Positions 27,297 to 36,206 of a stretch of DNA of 64,000 nt are shown one piece after another; the first letter of the stretch is position 1, and every line of letters begins with the position of its first letter. The notes beneath the pieces are model-generated. The model was not told the DNA's origin, did not search any database, and saw nothing but the letters and a program-made list of their open reading frames with translations. The position numbers were made by a program, and so were the translations under genes. Source of the stretch: Candidatus Limiplasma sp. (GTDB lineage Bacteria; Bacillota; Clostridia; Christensenellales; Aristaeellaceae); the NCBI GenBank assembly GCA_048370855.1, contig DBGEOK010000046.1:33652-97651 (forward strand), in the 5' to 3' direction.

Positions 27297-28373
27297 ATGA
27301 ATGAAAAAACGGAACTCGAAAGGCTGGAGAACTCTGTTCCCACCAGCGCCGGTACCGGCGTCGTGCGCAAGATGACGCGGGAAATCTGGCTGGAGGAATG
27401 CTTCCCCGAGTGGCATCAATTGGTCAACCAGCAAATCGAGGAGGCGTCGTTTCCCAAGGGCTCTTTCGGCCTGTGGATGCTCGGCGGGCCTTCCTGGGCA
27501 TATAAATCGGCCGGCGGCGCGACCTTTCTGGTAGACAACTACTCCGGCTCCTCGCTCAACAGCGAGTACCATTACTGCGGCGTGTGCCGTACCAGCGGCG
27601 CGGAGTACCTGACCTGGCTGCGCACCAACCCCCACGTGATCGACCCGTGGAAGCTCAAGAGCCTAGACTATGTCTTCGCCACCCATCACCATCAGGACCA
27701 CGCGGACTTTTATACCGTCAGCGCGACGCTTCAAACGACGGACTGCAAGTTCGTGGGCCCCAAGAATACCTGCGCGCTTTTCCGTAAATGGGGCGTTCCC
27801 GAGGACCGGATCATCGAGGTCAAGCCCGGGAATTCCTTCCAGTGCAAGGACGTGACGGTTCATGTGGAAAAGAATTTCGACAGCATGGCTTGCATGACGG
27901 GCGACTACAAGCCCGGCCAGCCCTGCGATTACGACGTCAACGCCGTATCCTTCCTCTTTGACACGGGCGAGCACTCCGTCATCTTCCTGGGCGACACCCT
28001 GTATCACGACGGCTACAAGGCGGTTGGCGAGCGCCACAGGATCGACGTCGTGGTAACGGACATGGGCCATAACGCCCCCGGAGCGACCGATAAGATGAAT
28101 CCCTGGGACGTGATGCGCGTAACGCAGAACCTCGGCGCGAAGGTGGTCATTCCCGATCATTACGAAAACTGGGCCAGCAGCGAGATCGACCCGCACCAGC
28201 TCCAGAGGATCGTCGCGGACAACGATCCGTCCATCAAGGCCTGCATTATGAAAAGCGGCGGGCTCTACGTCTATCCCCGCGACAAGGATATGGACGAGTA
28301 CCGCTATCCCGACTGGCGCGAGCGCTATCAGTGGGAAAAAAGCTACGTCTACGGCGACGTTCACAAGGATTGA
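27297..28373 (+). CDS. MBL-fold metallo-hydrolase, UlaG-like (lactonase-like)
   Basis: HHHQDHAD is an HxHxDH motif. At 358 aa, its size and N-terminal extension resemble UlaG-type L-ascorbate-6-phosphate lactonases. The start MNEKTEL is preceded by GGGAGAGGGA. Confidence 0.75.
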   Translation: MNEKTELERLENSVPTSAGTGVVRKMTREIWLEECFPEWHQLVNQQIEEASFPKGSFGLWMLGGPSWAYKSAGGATFLVDNYSGSSLNSEYHYCGVCRTSGAEYLTWLRTNPHVIDPWKLKSLDYVFATHHHQDHADFYTVSATLQTTDCKFVGPKNTCALFRKWGVPEDRIIEVKPGNSFQCKDVTVHVEKNFDSMACMTGDYKPGQPCDYDVNAVSFLFDTGEHSVIFLGDTLYHDGYKAVGERHRIDVVVTDMGHNAPGATDKMNPWDVMRVTQNLGAKVVIPDHYENWASSEIDPHQLQRIVADNDPSIKACIMKSGGLYVYPRDKDMDEYRYPDWRERYQWEKSYVYGDVHKD

Positions 28374-28440
28374 CGGCCCGGCGCTATCCATTCGTTTCCA
28401 AACCCGGCGCTGCCGGTAAAATAAAAGGAGGGTATCCGTC

Positions 28441-29532
28441 ATGAAAAAAATCCTGGCAATCTGTTTGGCTCTCGCGCTGTCGCTGACAAGCGCGGCGGTT
28501 CTTGCCGAGGGCGTGGCCTTCAACGACCCCGCCGCCGTCAGGCCGGAGAGCATCGAGTATCCCGTAAGCGGCCTTTCCTGGTCCGCCAAGACCGACCTGA
28601 AGGCCAAGGAAAACTACACCATCGCCATGATCGTCAAGAACAACACCAACCCCTTCATGAACGGCGTTCTCAACGGCTTTAAAAAGGCCGGCGCGGACAT
28701 CGGCTTTGAACCGGTTCTCCTTTCCCCGCAGACCGCCGACAGCAACGAGGATCAGGTGCGCCTGGTGGAAGACATGATCCAGAAGGGCGTGGACGCGATC
28801 TGCATCCATCCCGTGGATTCCAACGGCATCGTGCCCGCGCTGGAGAAGGCGTGGGACGCGGGCATCCCCGTGCTGATCCAGGGCACGCGCGCCAACACGG
28901 AAAAAATCTACGGCTGGTACGGCACCAAGTACTATGACGAGGCGTACATGATCGCGGAGTACGTGTGCGAAAAGCTGAATTACAAGGGCAACGTCATCTA
29001 CATCTCCGGCCCGCAGCAGGCGCAGAACGCCATCGACGAGGCGCAGGCCACGCACGACGTGTTTGAAAAGTATCCCGACATGAACCTGATCGAGGAGCAG
29101 CCCGGCAACTTCAACCGCGCCACCAGCATGAGCGTAATGGAAAACCTGATCCAGAAGTACGCAGAGGACGAGGTGGATTGGGTGATCGGCGCCAACGACG
29201 AGTGCGCGATGGGCGCAATCGCCGCCATGGAAAACGCCGGCTGGAAGCTGAACTTTGCCGAGGGCGGCATCGGCGTGTCGGGCATCGACTGCAACAAGGA
29301 CGCCTCCTACGCCTTGCAGGAAGGCTCCCTGACCGTGTCCATCAACCCCGACCCCGTTTCGCTTGGCTTCATCGGCGCGGCTTTCCTGGTGCAGTACCTC
29401 AACGAAGGCACGCTCTTCCCCGAATTCGTGGCGTGGCCGGACTTTAAAACCGCGCAGGACGTCATGGTAGACGCCGCCTCCATCGACAACTATATCGAAA
29501 ACCTGGCCTGGTGGAAGGAGCCCGAGGCGTAA
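28441..29532 (+). CDS. Sugar ABC transporter substrate-binding protein (RbsB/periplasmic-binding-protein type I family)
   Basis: Signal peptide MKKILAICLALALSLTSAAVLA. It has a type-I PBP layout (IAMIVKNNTNPF..., VDAICIHPVDS...). The RBS is AAAGGAGGG. Confidence 0.9.
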   Translation: MKKILAICLALALSLTSAAVLAEGVAFNDPAAVRPESIEYPVSGLSWSAKTDLKAKENYTIAMIVKNNTNPFMNGVLNGFKKAGADIGFEPVLLSPQTADSNEDQVRLVEDMIQKGVDAICIHPVDSNGIVPALEKAWDAGIPVLIQGTRANTEKIYGWYGTKYYDEAYMIAEYVCEKLNYKGNVIYISGPQQAQNAIDEAQATHDVFEKYPDMNLIEEQPGNFNRATSMSVMENLIQKYAEDEVDWVIGANDECAMGAIAAMENAGWKLNFAEGGIGVSGIDCNKDASYALQEGSLTVSINPDPVSLGFIGAAFLVQYLNEGTLFPEFVAWPDFKTAQDVMVDAASIDNYIENLAWWKEPEA

Positions 29533-29583
29533 GCCGGGCACAGCCGGCGTCAACGGCTCCCCGAGGGCGGGGCATTCGACAGG

Positions 29584-29620
29584 GGGGCCGCCACGCTGCC
29601 TGAGCGTGGCGGCCCCTTTT
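29584..29620 (+). terminator. Intra-operon stem-loop with U-tract after the binding-protein gene
   Basis: GGGGCCGCCACGCT-GCCTG-AGCGTGGCGGCCCC followed by TTTT. It sits between the SBP and ATPase genes, a classic arrangement for raising SBP mRNA levels over downstream genes. Confidence 0.6.
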
Positions 29621-29637
29621 CTAAGAGGTGAGGTAGG

Positions 29638-31155
29638 ATGGAGAAAACGATGAAGCCCTTGATAGAACTGAAGCATATCGACAAGCAGTTTCCCGGCGTC
29701 CACGCGCTGACGGATATCAACATCTCCTTCTATCCCGGCGAGGTGCACGCGCTGGTCGGGGAAAACGGGGCCGGGAAATCCACGCTGATTAAGATCATCC
29801 TGAGCGCCTATAAGCCAACGGAGGGCAAGCTCTACCTGGACGGCGAGGAGAAGCGGATCGCCAGCCCGCTGGAAGCGTCCAGGCTCGGCATCGAGGCCGT
29901 GCACCAGGAGCTGATGCTGATCCCCTGGCTCAGCGTCGCCCGCAACATCTTTATGAACCGTGAGCTCCGTCAGCCCAAAACCGGCTTGTTCGATACCAAG
30001 GCAATGGAGACGACCGCCAGAAAGCTTCTGGAGGAGTTCGGCATCAACATCGACGTTTCCCGGCCGGTGAAGGAATACAGCGCGTCGGTTTGGAAGATGA
30101 TCGACATCGCCCGCGTCGTCAACCTCGACCCAAGGCTGATTATTTTCGACGAACCCACCGCCATCCTCACGGAGCCGGAGGTAGAGAGCCTGTTCCGGAA
30201 GATTCGGGAGCTCAGGGCCAGAGGGGTAGCCATCATCTATATCTCGCACCGCCTGAAGGAAATCGAGCAGCTTGCCGACCGCATTTCAATCCTGCGGGAC
30301 GGCCATCATGTGGGCACCATGCCGGCGGAGGGCGTAGACCGCGAGGAGATCGTGAAGCGGATGGTGGGGCGCGACGTCGCTAATTTCTATAACCGCACCA
30401 TTGTGGCGCCGGGCGAGGAGCTGGTCCGCCTGGAGAATGTGACGCTGAAAAAGGGACAGAGGGACTTGTCCCTTCACATCAACCGCGGCGAGATCGTCGG
30501 CCTTGCGGGGCTGGTCGGTTCCGGCCGAACGGAGGTGGCGGAATGCCTCTTTGGGATGAACCGAATCCTGAGCGGCTCGGTGTTTTACAAAGGCGTGAAG
30601 GTCAGGCCCAGGAACATGGCCGCCATGATCGACAAGGGGCTGTACCTGGTTCCTGAAAACCGGAAATACCAGGGCCTCATCCTCCGGTTCTCCGTCGCGT
30701 CCAATATCGGCTTGAGCGTTTTTAAGCGGTGGAGCCGCTTCCTGTACAGCAAAAAGAAGGAGACCCAGGCCGCCGACCGGATGATCCGCGCGCTGTCCAT
30801 TAAAACGCCGGGCCGCAAGCAGATCGTTAGCAACCTGTCCGGCGGAAACCAGCAGAAGGTGGTCATCGGCAAGGCCATGGTCACGGAGTCCGAGTTTCTG
30901 GTTTTCGACGAGCCCACCGTAGGCGTGGACGTGGGCGCAAAGGAAGAAATCCATAACCTGATGAATGATTTTGTCCAGCAGGAGGGCGGTATTCTGATGA
31001 TTTCCAGCGACCTGCCGGAGGTTATCGGCATGTGCGACAGGGTTTACATCATGTATGAAGGCAAAATTGTCAAGGAGCTCATGAGGGATCAGCTTTCCGA
31101 TAAAAACATCGCTGATTACATGCTGGGCTCCAAGCATGGAGGCGGCAATGAATAA
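29638..31155 (+). CDS. Sugar ABC transporter ATP-binding protein (fused double ATPase, RbsA/MglA type)
   Basis: Walker A GENGAGKST in domain 1 and the LSGGNQQKV signature in domain 2. 505 aa. ATG 29650 is an alternative start. Confidence 0.93.
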   Translation: MEKTMKPLIELKHIDKQFPGVHALTDINISFYPGEVHALVGENGAGKSTLIKIILSAYKPTEGKLYLDGEEKRIASPLEASRLGIEAVHQELMLIPWLSVARNIFMNRELRQPKTGLFDTKAMETTARKLLEEFGINIDVSRPVKEYSASVWKMIDIARVVNLDPRLIIFDEPTAILTEPEVESLFRKIRELRARGVAIIYISHRLKEIEQLADRISILRDGHHVGTMPAEGVDREEIVKRMVGRDVANFYNRTIVAPGEELVRLENVTLKKGQRDLSLHINRGEIVGLAGLVGSGRTEVAECLFGMNRILSGSVFYKGVKVRPRNMAAMIDKGLYLVPENRKYQGLILRFSVASNIGLSVFKRWSRFLYSKKKETQAADRMIRALSIKTPGRKQIVSNLSGGNQQKVVIGKAMVTESEFLVFDEPTVGVDVGAKEEIHNLMNDFVQQEGGILMISSDLPEVIGMCDRVYIMYEGKIVKELMRDQLSDKNIADYMLGSKHGGGNE

Positions 31156-32113
31156 CGCATTGAGAGAGCCTAAAAGCTTCCGGGAGCGGCTGGCGAACGT
31201 ACAGCCCGTCATCTGGATGCTCCTCATCATCACCGCGGTGTTTTCCTTCACGGGCGATAACTTTTTTTCCTACGGCAACCTGCTCAACATCGTCAAGCAG
31301 GCATCCCCGTTCCTGATTTTGGCCGTTGCCGAAACCATGGCCGTGCTGATTGGGCAAATTGACCTGTCGGTGGGAAACGTCATGGCGTTTTGCACGGTGG
31401 TCGTCGCTATGCTGATGAACGCGGGCGTTCCCGTCGTTCTCGCGGCCGCCGGCGGCATCCTGGCGGGCCTGCTGTGCGGCCTGCTCAACGGCTTCTTCAT
31501 CGCAAAATGCAAGGTGCCGGCCTACATTACGACCTTTGGCCTGGGCACCATGTTCTACGGCCTGGGGTCGCTGATGACGGGCGGCGTGTCCGTGCCGGCG
31601 CTGGACGGCGGCTTCCGCTTCATCGCCGACGGCGACGTGTTCGGCGTCCCCATGGTGCTGATCATTGCGGTGGCCGTGTTTGTGCTGGTGAAGCTGCTGA
31701 TTGACCGGACGTCCTTTGGGCGGAACATGTACGGGCTCGGCGGCAACCGGGAGGCGCTGTTTTTAAGCGGGGTCAACACCGTAAAGGCGGAAACCCTCGT
31801 CTTTACCATGGTGGGCGTGCTGGCGGGAGTCGCGGGCGTGATTTTCGCGGCGCGCTCGGCCTCCGGCCACCCGGATTACGGCAAGCAATGGGAATTTAAC
31901 GCCATCGCCGCCACCATCATCGGCGGCAACTCCTTCTCTGAAGGCAGGGGCAATATCTATAAAACCGCGCTGGGCGTGCTGTTTATTCAAATACTCAAAA
32001 CGGGCCTGAACATCTCCGGCGTGTCGCCTCAGTCCCAATCCTTCCTCCTGGGCCTGATTGTCGTCGTCGCCATCTCGACGGACGTGATGGTCAAAATTAA
32101 GAAGGAGACCTGA
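31148..32113 (+). CDS. Sugar ABC transporter permease (RbsC/BPD_transp_2 family)
   Basis: Polytopic protein with typical GGxDLSVG (IGQIDLSVGNV) and RxxxAxGGN (YGLGGNREA) motifs. ATG 31148 has GGAGG 6 nt upstream. Confidence 0.9.
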   Translation: MNNALREPKSFRERLANVQPVIWMLLIITAVFSFTGDNFFSYGNLLNIVKQASPFLILAVAETMAVLIGQIDLSVGNVMAFCTVVVAMLMNAGVPVVLAAAGGILAGLLCGLLNGFFIAKCKVPAYITTFGLGTMFYGLGSLMTGGVSVPALDGGFRFIADGDVFGVPMVLIIAVAVFVLVKLLIDRTSFGRNMYGLGGNREALFLSGVNTVKAETLVFTMVGVLAGVAGVIFAARSASGHPDYGKQWEFNAIAATIIGGNSFSEGRGNIYKTALGVLFIQILKTGLNISGVSPQSQSFLLGLIVVVAISTDVMVKIKKET

Positions 32114-32117
32114 TCTT

Positions 32118-33101
32118 ATGAAGAGACAGAAACGCTCATTCTTTGAACTCTTTTTTGAAACGGGGCTCTACCGGGTGTGCATCCTCCTGCTGATGTGCGT
32201 CGTGATGGCTTTTATCAGCAACAACTTCTTTAAAATCGGGAACCTGATTAACATTGCGCGCCAGGCTTGCGTGCTGCTGATCCTGGCCGTGTGCGCGACG
32301 GGCTGCATTCTGACCCACGGCATCGACAATTCCCTCGGCGGGGTCATGTCGCTTTGCGGCTGCGCCTGCGGCTATTTCCTCAACAACAACCATTCCATTG
32401 TGAGCTCCATCCTGCTGGCGCTGGTGATCGGCGCGGCGTTTGGGTGCGTCAACGGCTTCCTCATCGCTATTGTCAAAATCCCGCCGTTTGTGTCCACCTA
32501 TGGCGTCAGCTATATCGCCAACGGCCTGGCGCTCATCCTGATGGGATCGGATATTTTCTCCGGCTTTCCCAAGGCGTTCCGGAACCTCAGCTCCGGGAAC
32601 CTTGGCCCCGTGCCGCTGCTGGTGATCTGGGCGCTCCTGATTACGCTGATGATGTACGTGGTCTTGCAGCGCAGCAAGTTTGGCAAGCAGGTATACTGCG
32701 TGGGCGCAAACGAAACCACGGCCAGATATTCCGGCATCTCGACCGTTGGCACGCTCTTTGTGGTTTATATTATCAGCGCGTGCGGCGCGGCGGTCGCGGG
32801 CGTGCTGCAAGCGGCGCGCCAGAGCGCGGCGCAGGCCGGCATGGGCGATACCTTCCAGATGATGGCGATCGCTTCCATCGTCATGGGCGGCACGTCCATG
32901 GCGGGCGGCGAGGGCAGCGTGTTCGGCGCGATTCTGGGCGCGCTGATACTGACGCTGATCGCCAACGCGATGAACCTGCTGGGCGTGCCCACGCTGGCGC
33001 AGTCTGTGGTAACGGGCGCGATCATCGTGCTGGCCGTGCTGCTGGACGTGCAGATGAAGCGGATCCAGGCCCAGCGCGCCGCCAGAGCGGCGGTAAAATA
33101 A
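32118..33101 (+). CDS. Sugar ABC transporter permease (second RbsC-like subunit)
   Basis: Paralogous to the previous gene (GIDNSLGGV, VYCVGANETTARYSGI). The RBS is AAGGAG. Confidence 0.9.
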   Translation: MKRQKRSFFELFFETGLYRVCILLLMCVVMAFISNNFFKIGNLINIARQACVLLILAVCATGCILTHGIDNSLGGVMSLCGCACGYFLNNNHSIVSSILLALVIGAAFGCVNGFLIAIVKIPPFVSTYGVSYIANGLALILMGSDIFSGFPKAFRNLSSGNLGPVPLLVIWALLITLMMYVVLQRSKFGKQVYCVGANETTARYSGISTVGTLFVVYIISACGAAVAGVLQAARQSAAQAGMGDTFQMMAIASIVMGGTSMAGGEGSVFGAILGALILTLIANAMNLLGVPTLAQSVVTGAIIVLAVLLDVQMKRIQAQRAARAAVK

Positions 33102-33122
33102 ACGTTTTTGGAGGAACGAACG

Positions 33123-34136
33123 ATGCATATTGAAAAATCGAAGATCGCCGATTTGCCGGCGGTATATGCCACCGCCGAGCTCTGCCTGGACGGCAGGCGC
33201 TACCTTGCGGCCGTCAGCGAGGCCCGGGGCGAGCGCGCCTATATCATCGACCCGGAGACGCTGGAAAGCGCGGACCTCTGGCTGGGAGATACGGGCGTGA
33301 TGAACGTCGTACAGATTCCGGGGCGAAACCAGCTTTTGGCCATCACAAAATTTTACCCGGTCTTTCAGTCGAAGGAAGCGGCGATTTGCCTGCTGGAGCC
33401 CACGGAAAAGGGCTTTTTATCCCCCTGGAAAATAACCGAGGTCATGAAGCTGCCGTACTGCCACAGGATTGGCGTGATCGAAAACGAGAACGGCCTGTTC
33501 GTGCTGGGCTGCCAGCTCTGCCGCGACAAGGACTTTCAGGAGGACTGGACAAAGCCCGGGGCCGTTTGGGCGGCGCCCGTCCCGAAGGACGCGGACGGGG
33601 AATGGAAGCTGACCAAGGTTTTTGACGGGCTGACCAAAAACCACGGCTTGTTTATAGAAGACGGAAGCCGGGCCTATGTGTGCAGCGAAAACGGCGTTTT
33701 GCTGTTTGACATGGCGCGCTACCGCGCCGGGGAGACCCTTCTGCCCACGCTTCTTTCCACGACGCCGACCAGCGACTGGTGGATTTCGCGCGAGGGCGGG
33801 GAAAGGCTCGCGGGGGCCATCGAGCCCTTCCATGGCGATACCCTCTCCCTCTACGCTCTGAGCGCCTCGGCGTGCGAGCGCAAGGCGCGCTTTGACATCG
33901 CCTTTGGGCATGTGGTTTGGCTGGGCACGCTCTTTGGCCGGAGCGCCGCCATTGTGGGAAACCGGGGCGGCGGCAGAACGCTGGACGTCCTCTTCTGGCG
34001 CGAGGGGGAAACCGTCACGCTGGACAGGGACGTGGGGCCGACCCAAATTACGGTCTATGAGGACGGGGATCGCGTCAAGGTGCTCTCGGCCAACCATGGC
34101 GCGGGCGAGATCAGCCTGTATACCCTAAGCCGCTGA
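33123..34136 (+). CDS. Hypothetical protein, family not recognised (beta-rich, no signal peptide or TM segment)
   Basis: 337 aa. ATG 33123 has GGAGGA 7 nt upstream. It is tightly packed after the permease genes, and codon usage looks native. I saw no motif I can name. Confidence 0.7.
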   Translation: MHIEKSKIADLPAVYATAELCLDGRRYLAAVSEARGERAYIIDPETLESADLWLGDTGVMNVVQIPGRNQLLAITKFYPVFQSKEAAICLLEPTEKGFLSPWKITEVMKLPYCHRIGVIENENGLFVLGCQLCRDKDFQEDWTKPGAVWAAPVPKDADGEWKLTKVFDGLTKNHGLFIEDGSRAYVCSENGVLLFDMARYRAGETLLPTLLSTTPTSDWWISREGGERLAGAIEPFHGDTLSLYALSASACERKARFDIAFGHVVWLGTLFGRSAAIVGNRGGGRTLDVLFWREGETVTLDRDVGPTQITVYEDGDRVKVLSANHGAGEISLYTLSR

Positions 34137-34169
34137 CCGGCGCGACCGGCAGCCGAATTTACCCGCGCT

Positions 34170-34198
34170 CTTGACTGGTTCGACGTTTTTTGCTACAT
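34170..34198 (+). promoter_or_regulatory. Sigma-70-type promoter of the SorC-family regulator gene
   Basis: TTGACT (34170-34175), 17-nt spacer, TACATT (34193-34198). Confidence 0.45.
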
Positions 34199-34294
34199 TA
34201 TCGTCATCACACTGGAAATGAAAACCGTATGCGCCTGGGGTAACAGCCTGCGCCTGATTGCCGACGCCATGTACGGAAGTTGGGAGGTCTCATC

Positions 34295-35302
34295 ATGGAC
34301 GGAGCCTTTGACCAATGGATGGACATTGAGAAAAGCGAGGGCATCGCCATGCTTTCCCAGGTCGCGCATATGTATTACGACCTGGGCATGCTTCAGCCGG
34401 AAATCGCGGAGAGGCTTTTCTTCTCGCGCTCCAAGGTATCGCGCATGCTGAAAAAGGCGCAGGATCTCGGCATTGTGGAGATCAAGGTCAAGCGCTACTT
34501 AGGCCGCGTGGAGGGCTACGAGCGAAAGCTTCAGTCCCTGTTCGGGCTGAAGCAGGCGATTGTAATGACGAGCTTTGACAAGGGGGATATCGAGGATTCG
34601 GAGGACGGCCTCACCAACTACGCGGCGATGTACGTTTCCAGCCGCCTGAAGGGCGAGTGCGTCCTGGGCATCACGGGCAGCCATACCGTCACCAAGGTTA
34701 TCAATAAGATGAAGAAGGTGCACGACTGCAATCTCAAGGTCGTCCAGACCATCGGCGCGACCATCAGCAAGGATATGTCCGGCGATCTGGTCAACTTCAT
34801 CGCCAATACCTACGGCGGCGCGGCCTATTTCCTCAATACCCCCGTCTATGTGGACGACCTGTACGTGAAGGAATCGCTGCTGAGGGACCCGGCCGTCATG
34901 GAGGCCATGGCGCTGATGTCGCGGTGCAACCTGCTGCTGATGGGCATCGGCAAGTTTGACGTAAGCGGGGACATGCCCAACTGGAGCGGCTATATGACGG
35001 CCCGCCACCGGGAGGAGATGGACCGCCTGGGCGCGGTGGGCAGCCTGTGCGCGCAGTTTTTTGACATCGACGGCCGCCTGCTCAGCAGCGACTGGAACCA
35101 AAAGTGCATCACCATCCCCTGGGAGGATATGAAACACGCCGAGCTGCGCGTCGCCGTCGCGTGCGGCAGGTCCAAGGTGTTCTCCATTTTGGGCGCGCTT
35201 CGCGGCAAGCTGGTGGACGTGCTGTTTACGGATAACGTTACGGCGGCCCATGTGATCGAGGAGCAGCAGCGGCTGCTCCAGGCCGAGCAGCCGTCGGCCT
35301 GA
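34295..35302 (+). CDS. SorC/DeoR(CggR)-family sugar-binding transcriptional regulator
   Basis: N-terminal HTH (AHMYYDLGMLQPEIAERLFFSRSKVSRMLKKAQDLGIV) followed by a SorC-type sugar-phosphate-binding domain. ATG 34295 has GGGAGG 8 nt upstream. Confidence 0.85.
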   Translation: MDGAFDQWMDIEKSEGIAMLSQVAHMYYDLGMLQPEIAERLFFSRSKVSRMLKKAQDLGIVEIKVKRYLGRVEGYERKLQSLFGLKQAIVMTSFDKGDIEDSEDGLTNYAAMYVSSRLKGECVLGITGSHTVTKVINKMKKVHDCNLKVVQTIGATISKDMSGDLVNFIANTYGGAAYFLNTPVYVDDLYVKESLLRDPAVMEAMALMSRCNLLLMGIGKFDVSGDMPNWSGYMTARHREEMDRLGAVGSLCAQFFDIDGRLLSSDWNQKCITIPWEDMKHAELRVAVACGRSKVFSILGALRGKLVDVLFTDNVTAAHVIEEQQRLLQAEQPSA

Positions 35303-35355
35303 CGGCGCGCTTTCGCCCTCGGCGGCAGCGCCTAAGCTCGGGTGATACGCGGGCG

Positions 35356-35859
35356 CTACCGCTCTATGCCGTATCGAGGGGAAACCATCATGTACTGGAC
35401 GCCTCCCGTTATCTGGACGGCGTCCTGCTTGACGCGCTTGCCATAGCGGTCATAGTAGGTAAAGAGAAGCTCGTCGGCGTATTCCGCGCCCGCCTCCAGC
35501 TCGTCCGCGGATATCGCCGGAACATAGCGGAGGGAAAACCCGCCGTTCCACTCGATCGTCGCGCGCCCCGTTTCCCCGTCCCAGTCAAAGCGCAGACCGT
35601 CCGACAGGCGGAGCGACACGGTTCCCTGCCCCACCTCCAGGACGCATTTTTCCATCTCGTCGTTCAGGTACGTAACGTCCAGCTCCACCGCCTCGTGCGT
35701 GTTTTGCGTCGCAAGATAGGACCGGATGGGAAGCGGCTGAACGGGGGAAGGAGCGGCCTTTTCGCCCGGGGCAGGACGCGTCTCCTTTTCCGCGAGCGCG
35801 CACAAGGCCGGTAAAGCAAAAACCACAAGCAAGAGCAAGAGCGTTTTTTTCATGCGCAT
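35356..35859 (-). CDS. Small secreted hypothetical protein
   Basis: Signal peptide MRMKKTLLLLLVVFALPALCALA. 167 aa, with no recognisable domain. Confidence 0.6.
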   Translation of the reverse strand: MRMKKTLLLLLVVFALPALCALAEKETRPAPGEKAAPSPVQPLPIRSYLATQNTHEAVELDVTYLNDEMEKCVLEVGQGTVSLRLSDGLRFDWDGETGRATIEWNGGFSLRYVPAISADELEAGAEYADELLFTYYDRYGKRVKQDAVQITGGVQYMMVSPRYGIER

Positions 35860-36206
35860 GGCAAATCCTCCTTTAAAAGTGGCGCGGTATCCTTATCGAT
35901 TTCCCTTTCGGCCCCTTACCGCATATGGGTTCAAATATAATAGGAAGCAACTCAAAGAGAACGCCTCTCCATGCTCATAGTATAGCATAAAAAATTCCAT
36001 ATATCGATAAATATAATGCAAAAGATAAGATCGAACCGGGAAGGCAGGCAGCGTGTCCACGCATTAAGGCCGTTGGAAAGCTTGACGAAGGATACCGGAA
36101 ACCGAAAAGGCAGGCAATCGTTGTTTGGTTGACGAAACCGAAAGGTGGTTTTTGCCATATTTGCGTGATACAATGGGTTCGCGCAATGCTTTTTCAGGAG
36201 GGTTCT

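Noticed and set aside
28384-30249. Very long antisense ORFs opposite well-supported genes. The track lists 28384-30249 (621 aa), 25451-26671, 32136-33128, 38665-39978, 55672-57312 and 61186-62835, among many others.
   Set aside because: Their products are Arg/Gly/His/Pro-rich and low in complexity, with no motifs, RBS or sensible starts. Each lies exactly opposite a gene with clear family signatures. This is the expected stop-codon-poor shadow of GC-rich coding DNA.
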